64,000 nucleotides of DNA, taken from Lepidodermella squamata (taxonomy: Eukaryota > Animalia > Gastrotricha). The DNA is taken from contig JBLDXI010000015.1 of the NCBI GenBank assembly GCA_047495785.1, positions 2,604,001 to 2,668,000 of the forward strand, read 5' to 3'. The notes beneath the pieces are model-generated. The model had not been told where the DNA came from, did no database searches, and saw nothing but the letters and a program-made list of their open reading frames with translations. Shown piece by piece: positions 48,123 through 60,182 of this stretch. A program made the translations under genes and the position numbers. Numbering within the stretch: the stretch's first letter is position 1; each line of letters starts with the position of its first letter.

Positions 48123-48907
48123 CATTTCAAAGTAACACGAATCTCGTCTCGAAACTATATCACATCGTACATTTCAGCGAAAAGTTTAAAAACTAATTTT
48201 GTGAAAAACTGCATTTACGCAGATTACGATTTTTCTTAAACGTTGATGACATACTCCATTAGCGTAATTGGGACATTGTAAAGTAATTAATAAAATCTAG
48301 TTCTATGTTTAATCATTAAAATTGCTGGAAGCTCTTAGCTAAATTCAGATAATATCCCATTGAATGAAATATCAGCAGGAAGTACCTAATGATGAGGCAA
48401 ATCATCGCACCCACACGCCGACGGTGGGGACTACTTTGAGGAAATGAACGGGCTAATTATTGCAACCACTCAGACGGAGGGTGACAGAAAAAGCGCAGTT
48501 TTTCACTCGAGCAGTTTCACAGCAGCTAGGCAGTTGAATACTCTGTCAATGCTCACAGCAGCAATTTTGTTGAATTTCATTTTGGCAAATCATCCGGATG
48601 CCCAACTTGTAATTTACAGCATTTTCGCAGTTTTGATCTCCGATACGGCGTTTGTAGCTACGCATCTGCCGGATATTTTGGCATCAAAAGCGAATACTAT
48701 CGAAATTTCTATTGCGGAGAAGTAATTGAGATGTAGACTGTTGTTAAACAGATTTTAATGTCAAAAGATGAATTAAAAGGTGATTACTGAGATACTGAGT
48801 ACCAATTTTGTACCTTGGATATCATCACTTATATTACTGAGATAATTGTAGAGCAGAAATCACTGGGATAAATAATAGTTGTCAGCCTTCAAAATGGAAA
48901 TAGAAAA

Positions 48908-50723
48908 TTATCCGCTAATTGTTTGTTGGCTGCACGTTGGCAAAGCTACATCGTATTTGTTCATGGCGATGCATTTGACCTTGCCGGTAACGCCAGCTGG
49001 GAATTTCTTGCCAGCATCACAAGCGCAAGTGAACGATTCGCCGACATTGACAAAGTCATCTTCGTTTTCACGACCATCAACCTCGCAATATCCGCCCGAG
49101 ATTTCACTCGGGAAAGCGCAGACGGGCCTTGCGGTGGTCGAGCTGAAGGTGCACGATGGCCTGTTGCCATCCCACTGGTTCATGCCCTTGCAGGTCAGGG
49201 TGACAGTTGCACCGTTCTGTCCATTGGTCAGGTACCCTACGTCACAGCCACAAATAGCCTTCTCCCCGACGTCAAAGTTGGTAGCGCCATCCTTCGCTGC
49301 TGATTCGCAGTAGCCATTAACCAGAGTGTCCAAAGCAGACAGCGTGCAGATGGGTTTTAGGGTAGTGGTGATCTTCACGCACTGAGGCAGCACGCCGGAG
49401 AATGTCCTGCTAGCTAGACACTTGAGAACTCGATCTCCTGTGAGCATGTAATCATCTTCATCGTAGCAAGCACATGAAACCTAAGATTGAGGACATGGAG
49501 ATTTTATGGAGATTATAAGCAGAATCATTACCGAGCGTCCGATGTCGACATCGTTATCGTCGTCGCCTTCTTCGGCGTGGCAGACACCTCTGACAACCGT
49601 CGGAGCTTTGCCGCAGCCGGCGGCTCGGGTGGTTGTGACAATTCTTGTGCAAGTTGGATATTTGGACCAGGCGGAATTGGTCTGGCAAGTAATCGTGGGG
49701 TTTCCAGACATTTGGAAACCAGGATTGCACTGAAAGTAAACAACAATTTTGACTTCAGAACATCGTCATCTCGTAAGATTACTGTGAATGTAACGGCCTC
49801 TCCGATTTTAAAGATCTGCTTTCCGTCGCTACCACCGATACAATTGCTACCATCGCAGCCAGTATTAGGAACGTCTTTCGGCCTTGGGCATGTAGGAGCT
49901 GGGCTGGTTGTGCCTTCAAATATGCATCTGGGAACGTTGATGAATCTGAGTATACAAATTGGGTTATAACTTAACTTGCCATTTAACTTGACGAAAAATA
50001 CCTGTCATTTCCGATGCATCTAACCCTTGCGCTCACTGGCCATAGTGCATCACGGCGTTTTCGACCAGATAAAGTTGAGGTGGTACTCAGGAAGAATCCG
50101 GACTTGCACGCGCAAGAAACTTCCTCATTCAAGGCGATGCGTGGATTCGTAGTGTTGATCCTTGTGCAGTTACCGTTTGCGATCAAAGGTAATTTAGCGC
50201 AGCCTGGGGATAGGGTGGTGGTGGTGACAATAGGTTTGCAGGTGGGCGGGTTCAGCCAAGTGTTCCACTCTTTACACGTCGGATTCAGTACACCCGTAGA
50301 GCGCATGTAGCCGGTTTGACAGGAGCAGTTTGCTTGGTCTCGAACTCGAAAGTACTTTCCATTCAATTTGGCGCCAGTGCAAGAACCGTAAGCAATAGTT
50401 GGTGGCGAGCAGATCATCTCGCATGTTGGGCTCTGAGTCCATGTACCGTTGGCCTGGCATGTGACCTGAGTCGGACCAGTGAAAACCCAGCTGGAGTTGA
50501 TCGGCTTGTAATAGACAATAACATTAGGGTCGTAAAGTTGAAGGTCCTTGACTTCGCTAGTTTTAACGATGAACGACGCAGCGCTGGAATCAGCCCATGG
50601 TTTGGTTGAGCAATTGCCACAGTAGATGAAGGGTGGATTACCACACTGACGGCCATCGACAGAACTGAGGAAGAATAAGCAAGCAACGCCCAGAAGGGCA
50701 AAGGAGAGAGCAGCCTTTAACAT
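48908..50723 (-). CDS. Secreted multi-sushi (CCP) protein, copy 1 (4 exons)
   Basis: Signal peptide, repeated C..P...G.C...C.C..G(Y/F).....C...W....P.C units, TTTT linkers, RKRR site; ends QQTISG*. Confidence 0.85.
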
Positions 50724-52725
50724 TGTTTAGAAAAGGACGAAAACTGACTTGATGGCTTTGAAACCACCCCGACTCTTTTTATAAACAGCCCGAAAGCGGA
50801 CGCTAACGCACGAGGAAATACGCGTAGCGCTGAAGCGCGACTGTTAACAAGCCTGCAATATAAATGCAATAAATTTCGTATACCTACAGCTTCCTTATCG
50901 GCAAAACAGCGCGTGGGCAGAATGCCAGCACGACACAAAGACGTTCAACGTGACGACCATTTATCCGTGTAGCGGAGAGACCAGCGCGCATCCAGTCCTA
51001 ATTTCCTGTAGTCGAATGTCAAAACAAATATACATCCGCAAATATGTGGATCCAACACCCGGATATCCGGATATTTCCATTCCGGGTTTAACTTTGCTTA
51101 AAACAGTTATCATAGCATTCATGAATCCACCATGAACCAATGATTCAAACATTTCCACGAACTCTTTCGAGAAACTTCTATGAATCGTCGTATAAATAGC
51201 TCTAAGTCCATCCGAAGTCGAAAACGCAATTTCAGTACTCCGCTTTTCACGCTGGTCAAAATTTCTGAAAACCGTGGTGATTATCGTCAAATTCGTCAAC
51301 TTATCAATTTTCCAAAATGTGAGCATTTCAACCAAATTTGACAACGGCCTGTCTTGCGCGAACAGTTGTCTCACCTTTGGCGCTCGATTGCGGTCATGGC
51401 TTAGACCCGGCAATAGTGCAATAACTCCAATTGCATATACGCAAATACTCATGATTCATGATGTGCACGCAAAGCCAAGCATGAGTTAACAACGTGTTAA
51501 CAAGCCGCCATGGATCAGTATTTTGGTCTGGGTCCTGGGCGATCATGACGCATGACTCATTTCTCATGTCAGTAACCGCAAATTGCACAAGAAAAAACAT
51601 CAAATCTGCCTCGGAATACATACTTGAAGTTTCACGTGTTGCGTTAACTTCTGCAATTGTTGGGGTCATATTAGCTGAAGCCGTTCGATATAAGAATGGC
51701 ACTAATAAATGAAATAATGTGCTTTCACGCATAATACAATGTTATGGCGCGTGTTAAATGATAACTGGGTAACCCTGTATACGTACGAGCGTATATGAGC
51801 GTATACTTACAAACGAACAGCAGAACATGTACACACAACCAGGACCGCTCGTGCGTAAAGCATGTCGAACCGCATCCAAAAAAAGTTTCCTCAAACAAAA
51901 TGTCGTGCTGTTGACAAAATTATGCGACTCATCCCGCAATTATATCACTGATAAGGAAAACATCCTCAGTCAACATTTTATCACAAACATTACTCCAAAC
52001 CAGGGAAACTCCAGGCTCGTTTTTGCATAATGAGTTATTTTTATCATAGGGCATTTGATGGCTGCTGGTGTTGGAAACATCGATTGAAGAAGTGAGCATA
52101 TTTATGGGTTGCACAGAATAAGCAACATTTTTCTTGTACGATTGACCGCCGAAACCAATTGATGGGCGATGGGGTTCGTTGTGTAGCTTGTTACAGAAAT
52201 TCAAGAAATGCAAGCTTTTCGAAATTCTCACTCGCTTGCGGCCTTTATCGCCCGTGTTTTTTTTAAATGATTTTTGCGGCGATTAGGCTAACCAAGTGCG
52301 GTCTTTGTTCGAGCCGCGGCATTTACAACACTAAATAGGGTAATTTTATAAAATGATATTCAATCCCACATATTCGATCGATAGACGATTGCCTAGGTTT
52401 TATTCGGGATTCATGATTCGCACACATCATTCGAATTTCTAATAGATGAAGAAACGTTTGCAGATGCGTAAATCTTTGATCAGCTGAATTATAACAGAAG
52501 TAAAGCGATTGGTACTAACAAGGTACACTAAAGCTAACGATCGCTGATGATCATCAGGCCGCAATTACCGCTCTAAGCGATTTAGCACGAGTCGGATTCA
52601 AGTTATTACTAATAAAAAATGGGTTGTAAGTTGTTTTTTCCGTAACGTTCGATATGGTAGAAGCATAAGTGATACCATGTTACGGATTTGATCTGACTTC
52701 TATCAGCTAAATATTCAACTCAAAA

Positions 52726-55700
52726 ATGCATATCATGTATTGGATTTTATTTTTTCTTACCTGTTCAATTCACAACATTTCAGCATTTGAAAATCAAGCT
52801 GAAAATCATAATAAGCATCATCAACCCCACAGCTTCTTGGACATATTCGACGTATAAAAGCTACAAATATTATCACTATAACCATGGTATATAATCGTAG
52901 TATATTTTAATAGGCGAGTCATGGTTTCGGCCGTTCTCCGAATTCGGGCGTTGTTTCGAACCCTGCAAAACATCGCGCTAGCCAGCACGGTTCCACCTCG
53001 CCTCTTTCCTCCTATCCTTACTTCCGATCCCTTTACCCGGACTTCGATTTCGACCGAGCGAATTCGAGCGGCGAAAATCCTGGTGTCACTTTGTATTCGC
53101 GATTGATGCAAAATTACAGCGTTGACGTGTTGCCAGTGAATCAAACGCACGAAGCTGTTCAAGTTCGATTGCAACTTAAGTTGATTCAGTTCGTAGACGT
53201 CGATGAGAAGAACCAGATTTTGACCACTAATGTTTGGCTAAGGCATGAATGGTTTGATTCAGGACTGACATGGAACCCGGATGACTATGGGGGTATCGAA
53301 CAGCTCAACATTCCAGCTGATGAAATTTGGTAAAAATAAAATATAGAAAAATTCGACTAATACAGGAATTAAGGAAAATTTAAATTTAGGACGAGATTTA
53401 AAAAAAATAAAAAATTAAAAAAATTGACATATTTTCAGCTAATTTCTAAATCTTTCAGGCTGCCAGATACGTGCCTGTACAACAAGTAAGATGCAATACC
53501 CAATTTATTTGAAAAATTAAAATTTGTTTAAAAAGCGCTGATGGCGATTATCAGGATAGCTCTTTTTTCTGCAGCAGATTTCTTTTTTCAGCAGCAGAAT
53601 ACTTTTTTCTGCAGCAGATACTTTTCCCAGCAGCAGATACTTTTTTCTGCAGCAGATTATACTTTTTTCAGCAGCAAATTTCAAAATATCGATTTTCATT
53701 AAAAAAATGTAACCATTTTGATAGACACGCTTTCCTGAGTTAAAATATGTATACATATTTCGTTATAAGCAGCAACCGCGCCTAAAATGATTTATTTCCA
53801 TATACTCGTCATTACTCTTATTAGATTTAACATCAGAGAATGGAAATTCAGTTAATTCAGTCTGTTCTATCAAGAAAAATTCAGCGGCCTAGGGCCATGT
53901 AGTGTGCACCCGTGTAAAACAAGGATATAGTCCTTATTCGCCTTGACGAACGTCTACGGCGTTAAAATCCTCGTCTTTACTAAAAACAGCAAGATTGAAA
54001 TCTTTGAAATCAAGATTGAAACGCCGTAGACGTTCGTCAAGGCGAATAGGGCCTCATTACCTGCCCAATAGCCTGGGCGCCTCAGTTTCTGTACTGCAAT
54101 AGAATCGTTCTTGGTGTAACCACGCCCAGGAAACTCCTTCTCAGCAACACCGGCCATAAACGGCATCAAATCATCTTCATTTGCCATCATCCACTCCACT
54201 ACTTGCTGCCGCATAGTGATATGTGTGATCCTCCTGCGAGCCATTCATCAAAAGGGCAAACGCCCAAAGTGCGCAGCTATGTATATGTATACATATTTGA
54301 ACTCAGGAAAGCGTGTCTATCAAAATGGTTACATTATTTTAATGAAAATCGATATTTTGAAATTTGCTGCTGAAAAAAGTATAATCTGCTGCAGAAAAAA
54401 GTATCTGCTGCTGGGAAAAGTATCTGCTGCTGAAAAAAGTATTCTGCTGCTGAAAAAAGAAATCTGCTGCTGAAAAAAGGTTTCTTCGATTATCAAATAA
54501 CGATTCAGACCAAAGTCGAAGTTCGCCATGATGGGTTAGTAATTTGGGAACCACCAGCCATCTACAAGTCCTTCTGCGCTATCGACGTCGAATTTTTCCC
54601 ATACGACAAGCAAAATTGCGAAATGAAGGTAAATTAACTAACAAATTCAATTTTTAGTAATTTTCAAAAAATTCTCAAGTTCGGACCTTGGACTGAGGAC
54701 ATTTCGAAGGTGGACTATCTATTGGTCGGCCCGGATGGCAACACGAGTGACCATCAAGAGATGGCCGTTGACCTAAAAGGCTTCTACGAATCAACCGAAT
54801 GGGACCTACTGCACGTTCACGGCACCCGGCGCCACTACATGTACCCATGTTGCGAGGAAAAATACGTCGATATCACCTACGAATTCAACATAAGGCGACG
54901 AACCCTATTCTACACAATCAACCTAATTATACCATGTATAATGATCACTTTTCTGACAATATTAGTGTTTTACCTACCTTCGGGTTCCAATCAGAAAATG
55001 GCCTTCTCAATTTCGACCCTACTCGCCCTGACTTGGTTTATTCTAGTTTTGTCTGATATAATTCCTCCAACTTCCTTAGTTCTACCTTTAATTGGCAAAT
55101 ATTTGATTTTTACGGAAATTTTAGTTTTACTATCGATTTGCTTATCAGTCCTTGTTTTGTACAGCCATTTTTGCCACCCTTTTTGTAAGCCAGTACCACA
55201 ATGGATCCGGTACGTTTTCCTCGAATTTCTGCCCCGATTTCTGTTTTTCGTCGCCGAAAATCATCTAAAAGACCCGGCAGATTCGATTTATTTCAAACCA
55301 GTGCCGAAAATTTCACCCTGGACGTACAAACGAGTTGAATCTAGGTCACCCAGTTTAGTCACCCTATCGCCATCACTGAAGAATTGTAGCGAAAATAGCT
55401 CGCCGAGAAAATCGTCGATCAAAAGTTCGGCTAAATCTAAGCGAAAACGGGTTAATTTCGAATCGGATTTACATCGAGCCATTCTGGAGGCTTTGCCAGC
55501 TTTCCAGGAGTATTATCATCTGCCCGAGGTGCGTCAAGGCCTGATTTACGTTCAATACATAGCCGATCGCTTTGAGGCCGCCAATGAAGAGGCGCGGATC
55601 AAAAATGAATGGCAGGCTGTTTCGCGAGTTATGGATCGGTTTTTTCTTTTTGTTTTCACGGCTGTTTCGATTATTGGAACGCTGGTTATTCTGCTCTATG

Positions 55701-55795
55701 CGCCGCCCTTGTACGACCAAACCCCGGCTGTTCGAGCAACTGTTCAGGACGAACTGACGGAGGACTTTCCTCACCTTAATCACATCTCGCCATAA
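52726..55795 (+). CDS. Nicotinic acetylcholine receptor alpha-type subunit (Cys-loop channel), interrupted by an insertion in exon 4
   Basis: Signal exon 52726-52851; '[16 protein letters not shown]', '[14 protein letters not shown]', Cys-loop '[15 protein letters not shown]', loop C 'YPCCEEKY', '[15 protein letters not shown]', TM1-TM4. Confidence 0.92.
53554..54486. mobile_element. Non-autonomous Mutator-like element: TIRs of about 200 bp, 9-bp TSD CGATTATCA, internal OTU-like fragment
   Basis: TSD at 53545-53553 and 54487-54495. TIRs at about 53563-53757 / 54285-54478 are built of TTTTTTC(A/T)GCAGCAGA repeats. Minus-strand '[22 protein letters not shown]...[21 protein letters not shown]'. 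Confidence 0.88.
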
Positions 55796-56070
55796 CCCAA
55801 TATTTTCAAAATTATTTTCTATTCGTTTGCGCAATAGTTGTTCGAATGAAACCACAACGGATTCAGCTTTTCTCTGGTTCCTACGGTTCCGCAGTGTTTT
55901 CGGTATACAAACCAAGATGAATGTGTGAAATTTTAACGCTGTTGAAGTAAAGAAGCTGAATATTTGCACGTCTAAAAATAAAGTTGAAGCACTAAATTTT
56001 CCGATTCTTTGCGAGTATGGTTATTTTTTTTTCTGTTTGTCTATAATGATCAATATCGACCCATTGAAAA

Positions 56071-58335
56071 TCAGCCGCTGATTGCTTGCTGACTGCACGT
56101 TGGCAAAGCAACATCGTATTTGTTCATGGCGATGTATTTGACCTTGCCGGTAACGCCGGATGGGAATCTCATACCAGCATCGCAAGCGCAGGTAAACGAT
56201 TTGCCGACATTGACAAAGTCATCTTCGTTTTCACCATCGTTCAGTGCTGACATGCAGTAGCCATTGGCCAGAGTGTCCAGAGCAGCCAGTGTGCAGATAG
56301 GTTTCAGGGTTGTCGTGATCTTCACGCACTGAGGCAGCACACCCGAAAATGTCCTGGTAGATTGACACTTGAGAACTCGATCTCCTGTGAACAGGTAGTA
56401 ATCTTCATCGTTGCAGGCGCAGGACACCTTAGATTAAAGACGGAATTTAGAATTTGCGCTGTAACGAGAAATTTGGAACTACCGTGCGTCCGATGTCGAC
56501 ATCGTTATCGTCGTCGCCTTCCTCTGCGTGGCAGACACCTCCGGCAACCGTTGGAGCTTTGCCACAGCCGGCAGCACGAGTGGTTGTGGCGATCCTGATG
56601 CAGGTTGGAGATTTGGACCAGGCCACTCGCTGAACGAGTTCAGCATTTAATTGCGGAACACGAAAATATGCATTTTTTCAGGAACATTTCGTTTGCATGG
56701 CAGTGTATATCTTTCATTTCCCTTAAGAAATGAGGACTAAGATGAAAGAGCAGTCGGACAAGATTGAACAATTCGAGAACCGCCGTTGTAACCTCGATTA
56801 TGAGAACAGGCGCCTTCAGTCTGCTATGTCGCAGAGAAAGAGCGGGCATTGGTACGCTTTTGCGCTCCACGTTTGCCATTCACGTAACACCGCTCTTCTG
56901 ATTTCTACTGACAGAAATGGCGCGAGGAACTGTTAGGCAAGTCAATCAAACTGTTCTATGACCTCACTGAAAACTCTTATCTCTGAAAACTGAAAACGCG
57001 ATGGAATCAGTGTCATTTTTTCAAAGTATTTAAACAAATTTCATATGACACAAATTGCATATGCTTTGTTCTGCCTGCTGCGATGCTTCTTATCATTCGG
57101 TCTTTTTTACGTTATATTCCACGATATTTGAGATATGTAACAATTCATATGTTGAAGAGTAAAGGATACATTAAATTCTATGGACGCAGTTATCAAAAAG
57201 ATCCGTCGACAAGATGCAAGATTTCATGTCTTCTGTTTATTTTTACAAATTTTGTATCCAAAAGGAGGAATGCGAGAATAGTAGGATACGAGTTTCGAAT
57301 TTCAAGATGTGCCAATTGCCATGTCATTTCCATGGGTATTTAACTTAGCTTGATTTTTACTCAGTTTTCAAACACAATTTTTCGACTAACTCAGCAAAGC
57401 CTCGGAAAAATCAGTAATTACCGACGTTTTATACTTAATAGTTAGAAAGGTCGTTTTGTAATAACTGATTTGAAACTCAGTAAGGCCTAGATTTTTTTAC
57501 CCGTGTACTACACCTGTGGTTTTTTTTACCCGTGGTGTAGGAGCAAGAGTGGTTGTAGTTATAGGCTTGCAGGTGGGAACGTTAGAGTATCTAGACAATA
57601 GAAGTATACGTTATCTTCAAAATTGTTCAAGACAGTCACATACTTGTCATATCCGATGCATCTAGCCCTTGCGGTGGTTTCAAAATTTAAATATGAAGCA
57701 GATGCGTAGAATCCGGAATTGCATGTGCAAGAAACTTCCTCATACAGGGCGATGCGTGGATTAGTGGTAGTGATCCTTGTGCAGGTACCGTATGCCATCA
57801 AAGGCAATTTTGCACAGCCCGGGGATAGGGTGGTGGTAGTGGCAATAGGCTTGCAGCTTGGCGGGTTCAGCCAAGTGTTCCACTCTTTACAAGTCGGGTT
57901 CATCACACCTCTTGAGCGCATGTAGCCGGCTTGGCAGGTGCAGTTTGCTTGGTCTCGAACTCGAAAGTATCTCCCACCCACTTTGGCGCCAATGCATGAA
58001 CCGTAAGCAATAGTTAGTGGAGAGCAGATCATCTCACAGGTTGGGCTCTGGGTCCAGGTACCGTTGGCCTGGCATGTGACCTGAATCGGACCAGTGAAAA
58101 CCCAGCTGGAGTTGATCGGGTTGTAATAGACAACAGTATAAAGGTCGTAGAGTCGAAGATCCTTGACTTCGCTCGTTTTGACAATGTATGACACAGCGCT
58201 AGCATCCGCCCATGGCTTGGTTGAGACGTTGCCACAGTAGACGAATGGCGGATTGCCACACTGACGGCCATCGACAGAACTGAGGAAGAAGCAAGCAACG
58301 CCCAGAAGGGCAAAGGAGAGAGCAGCCTTTAACAT
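56071..58335 (-). pseudogene. Sushi/CCP protein copy 2, disrupted
   Basis: Exon 1 intact. Exon 2 breaks at about 57535 into unrelated sequence and homology resumes at about 56621. One CCP module is deleted in the last exon, and there is a Cys-to-Tyr change (VKYIAM). Confidence 0.7.
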
Positions 58336-58469
58336 TGTGTAGAAAAAGGTTTCTATACAGCTCCCTTTATATACAGCCGGAATCAGGATGGAAGCGGACG
58401 CTATTGCTCGGAATCCTATGCATTCTAAAAAATAGATATTATGAATAAAATGAATCACTCCATATACTT

Positions 58470-58640
58470 AGTCAGCAGCTACGTCTCTCGGCTTAAAACC
58501 ACGGCGGCAGAACGCCAATGCACCATCGTGACCGCTGCGGTTAACGTGACGAGATTTACTTTACCATATTATGACGAGCGCTTTTTCGATCCCGTTTTCT
58601 GTTTTCGTTTGTTGAAATGTGGAATGTCGTACATCCGCAA
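58470..58640 (-). promoter_or_regulatory. Conserved upstream block shared by sushi copies 2 and 3 (second copy about 62155-62320)
   Basis: CTTAAAACCACGGCGGCAGAACGCCAATGCACCATCGTG...CGCTTTTTCGATCCCGTTT...CGTACATCCGCAAT in both; TATATAA-like boxes lie just 5' of the ATGs. Confidence 0.55.
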
Positions 58641-58827
58641 TCATATGGAAAAAACGCCTCCTTTAACAAAAACTTCAAAATTTCCAAGCCAATTTCCGAG
58701 TTTTGAGCCGGACTAATTCCATTTTCAAATTCAGACGAAAACTGTGAATTGCCTGCTCAATTTAAAGACTGGTCAAGGCTTCAGGATACCCAGGAAATGT
58801 TATCAAAATTTTCCCTTTTTCCATGGT

Positions 58828-59296
58828 CCATGGGGGATGTCTGTATGGGGGATGTCTGTATAACCTGTTGCACAAAATATTTTGCACAAACTGCATTTTT
58901 CAAGCGGAATCAAGTTTAATAAGAAAATTGAATATACCAAATTGAAGACAAAGCCCTTAGGCATCAAAGACTGATTTCGAGCCCTGGTTTCTGAGATATT
59001 TTAATGCGTCCGATTCGAGTTTAAATTACAAGGGGTGGCGAGTTTCACGTTCGGACGTAGGGCAATGATGAATTGGAGAAATGAAGCTGAAATCAATCAA
59101 TCAACGATGCCATGACCATTTTTTCTGCTACTATCACTCAAGACTGCGCTGCCCTCGCATTAGACAGCTTTTCTAGGCATTGAATGATGAAATCCGCTTT
59201 GAAAATGGAGTTAATGCAAAATATTTTGTGCAACTGCATTTGTGCAAATGCTTTTGTGCAAAATCGTTTGTGCAAGTACAGGTAAATCGTCCATGG
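58828..59296. mobile_element. Imperfect inverted-repeat (MITE-like) element
   Basis: TTGCACAAAATATTTTGCA...CAAGCGGA vs TCCGCTTTG...TGCAAAATATTTTGTGCAA; CCATGG at both ends; tandem TTTGTGCAA units. Confidence 0.55.
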
Positions 59297-60182
59297 TATT
59301 TTCATTCATTTGCATGAAGTTACAACACCGCAAGGCTAAATAGTATTTGACAGGAAACAAGTGAAAAGTGGGGCTTGACGAAACTTTGGGAACGTGAGAA
59401 TTTTAGGCCACTTTCAAGATCAGTTGATGAGGAGTCGAAAGTTATCAATAAGATGGTGACATTCAGCATTCAGCAGGGTTGCAGAGAAAGGGGGCTGCAA
59501 AGTTTACGAGCGAAAAACGGCAATTCCAACTGGAGCGCGCTTATAGCAAATGAGCTTTTAATTGCAATTAATAAAAAACTGAATAAGAGCACCTTGGAAT
59601 CCAAGAATCGTCCCAATTTGAGAGCAAACTTTTTGTGATTTGCTGGAAGATACAGAGAGTTCGCCCAGCTCCAATTTTCACTTGTTACACTGATCATTTG
59701 TAAGCTGAAAGATCAAAAACCCAACTTAAAGATGATTATTATAACCCACGATTTATAATCGAACCCATAAAATTCCCTATCTGGACCTTGGAAGCCGATC
59801 CATCTAGAGAAGTAATGAAATGTTGTGTAAAATGTGCACAGGATAAAAGTTGAATAAAACGGTATATAAAAATAATGTTTTCCCGGTCTTCAGACAGGTA
59901 GTCTCAAAAATTGCTTTCAAGCTCAATTTATTCTCCATTATTTCATATTCCTTTTTTGCGTCCGAATCCTAGTGGCGATAAATTCCCAATGGCGAATAAC
60001 TTCTTTCAATATGCGGTTGAATTCGCGATTTCGCTTCAGCAACTTCATCAAAAACTTGTCGATCAACAGTGACCTCTCCGAACTCCGAACGTTAATGTTT
60101 ATTCTAACCAGATAACCGGAAGAGCTGAAATCACCAGGGGATGAATGCGATTACTGAAAATGTCAAGATTTCCCATTACAAA

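Noticed and set aside
48879-50701. Multiple overlapping ORFs across the sushi genes (also 55469-55969 over the nAChR gene)
   Set aside because: Alternative-frame or antisense shadows of real exons.
53517-54554. Several short ORFs with [11 protein letters not shown] repeats
   Set aside because: Translations of the TIR sub-repeats, not genes.
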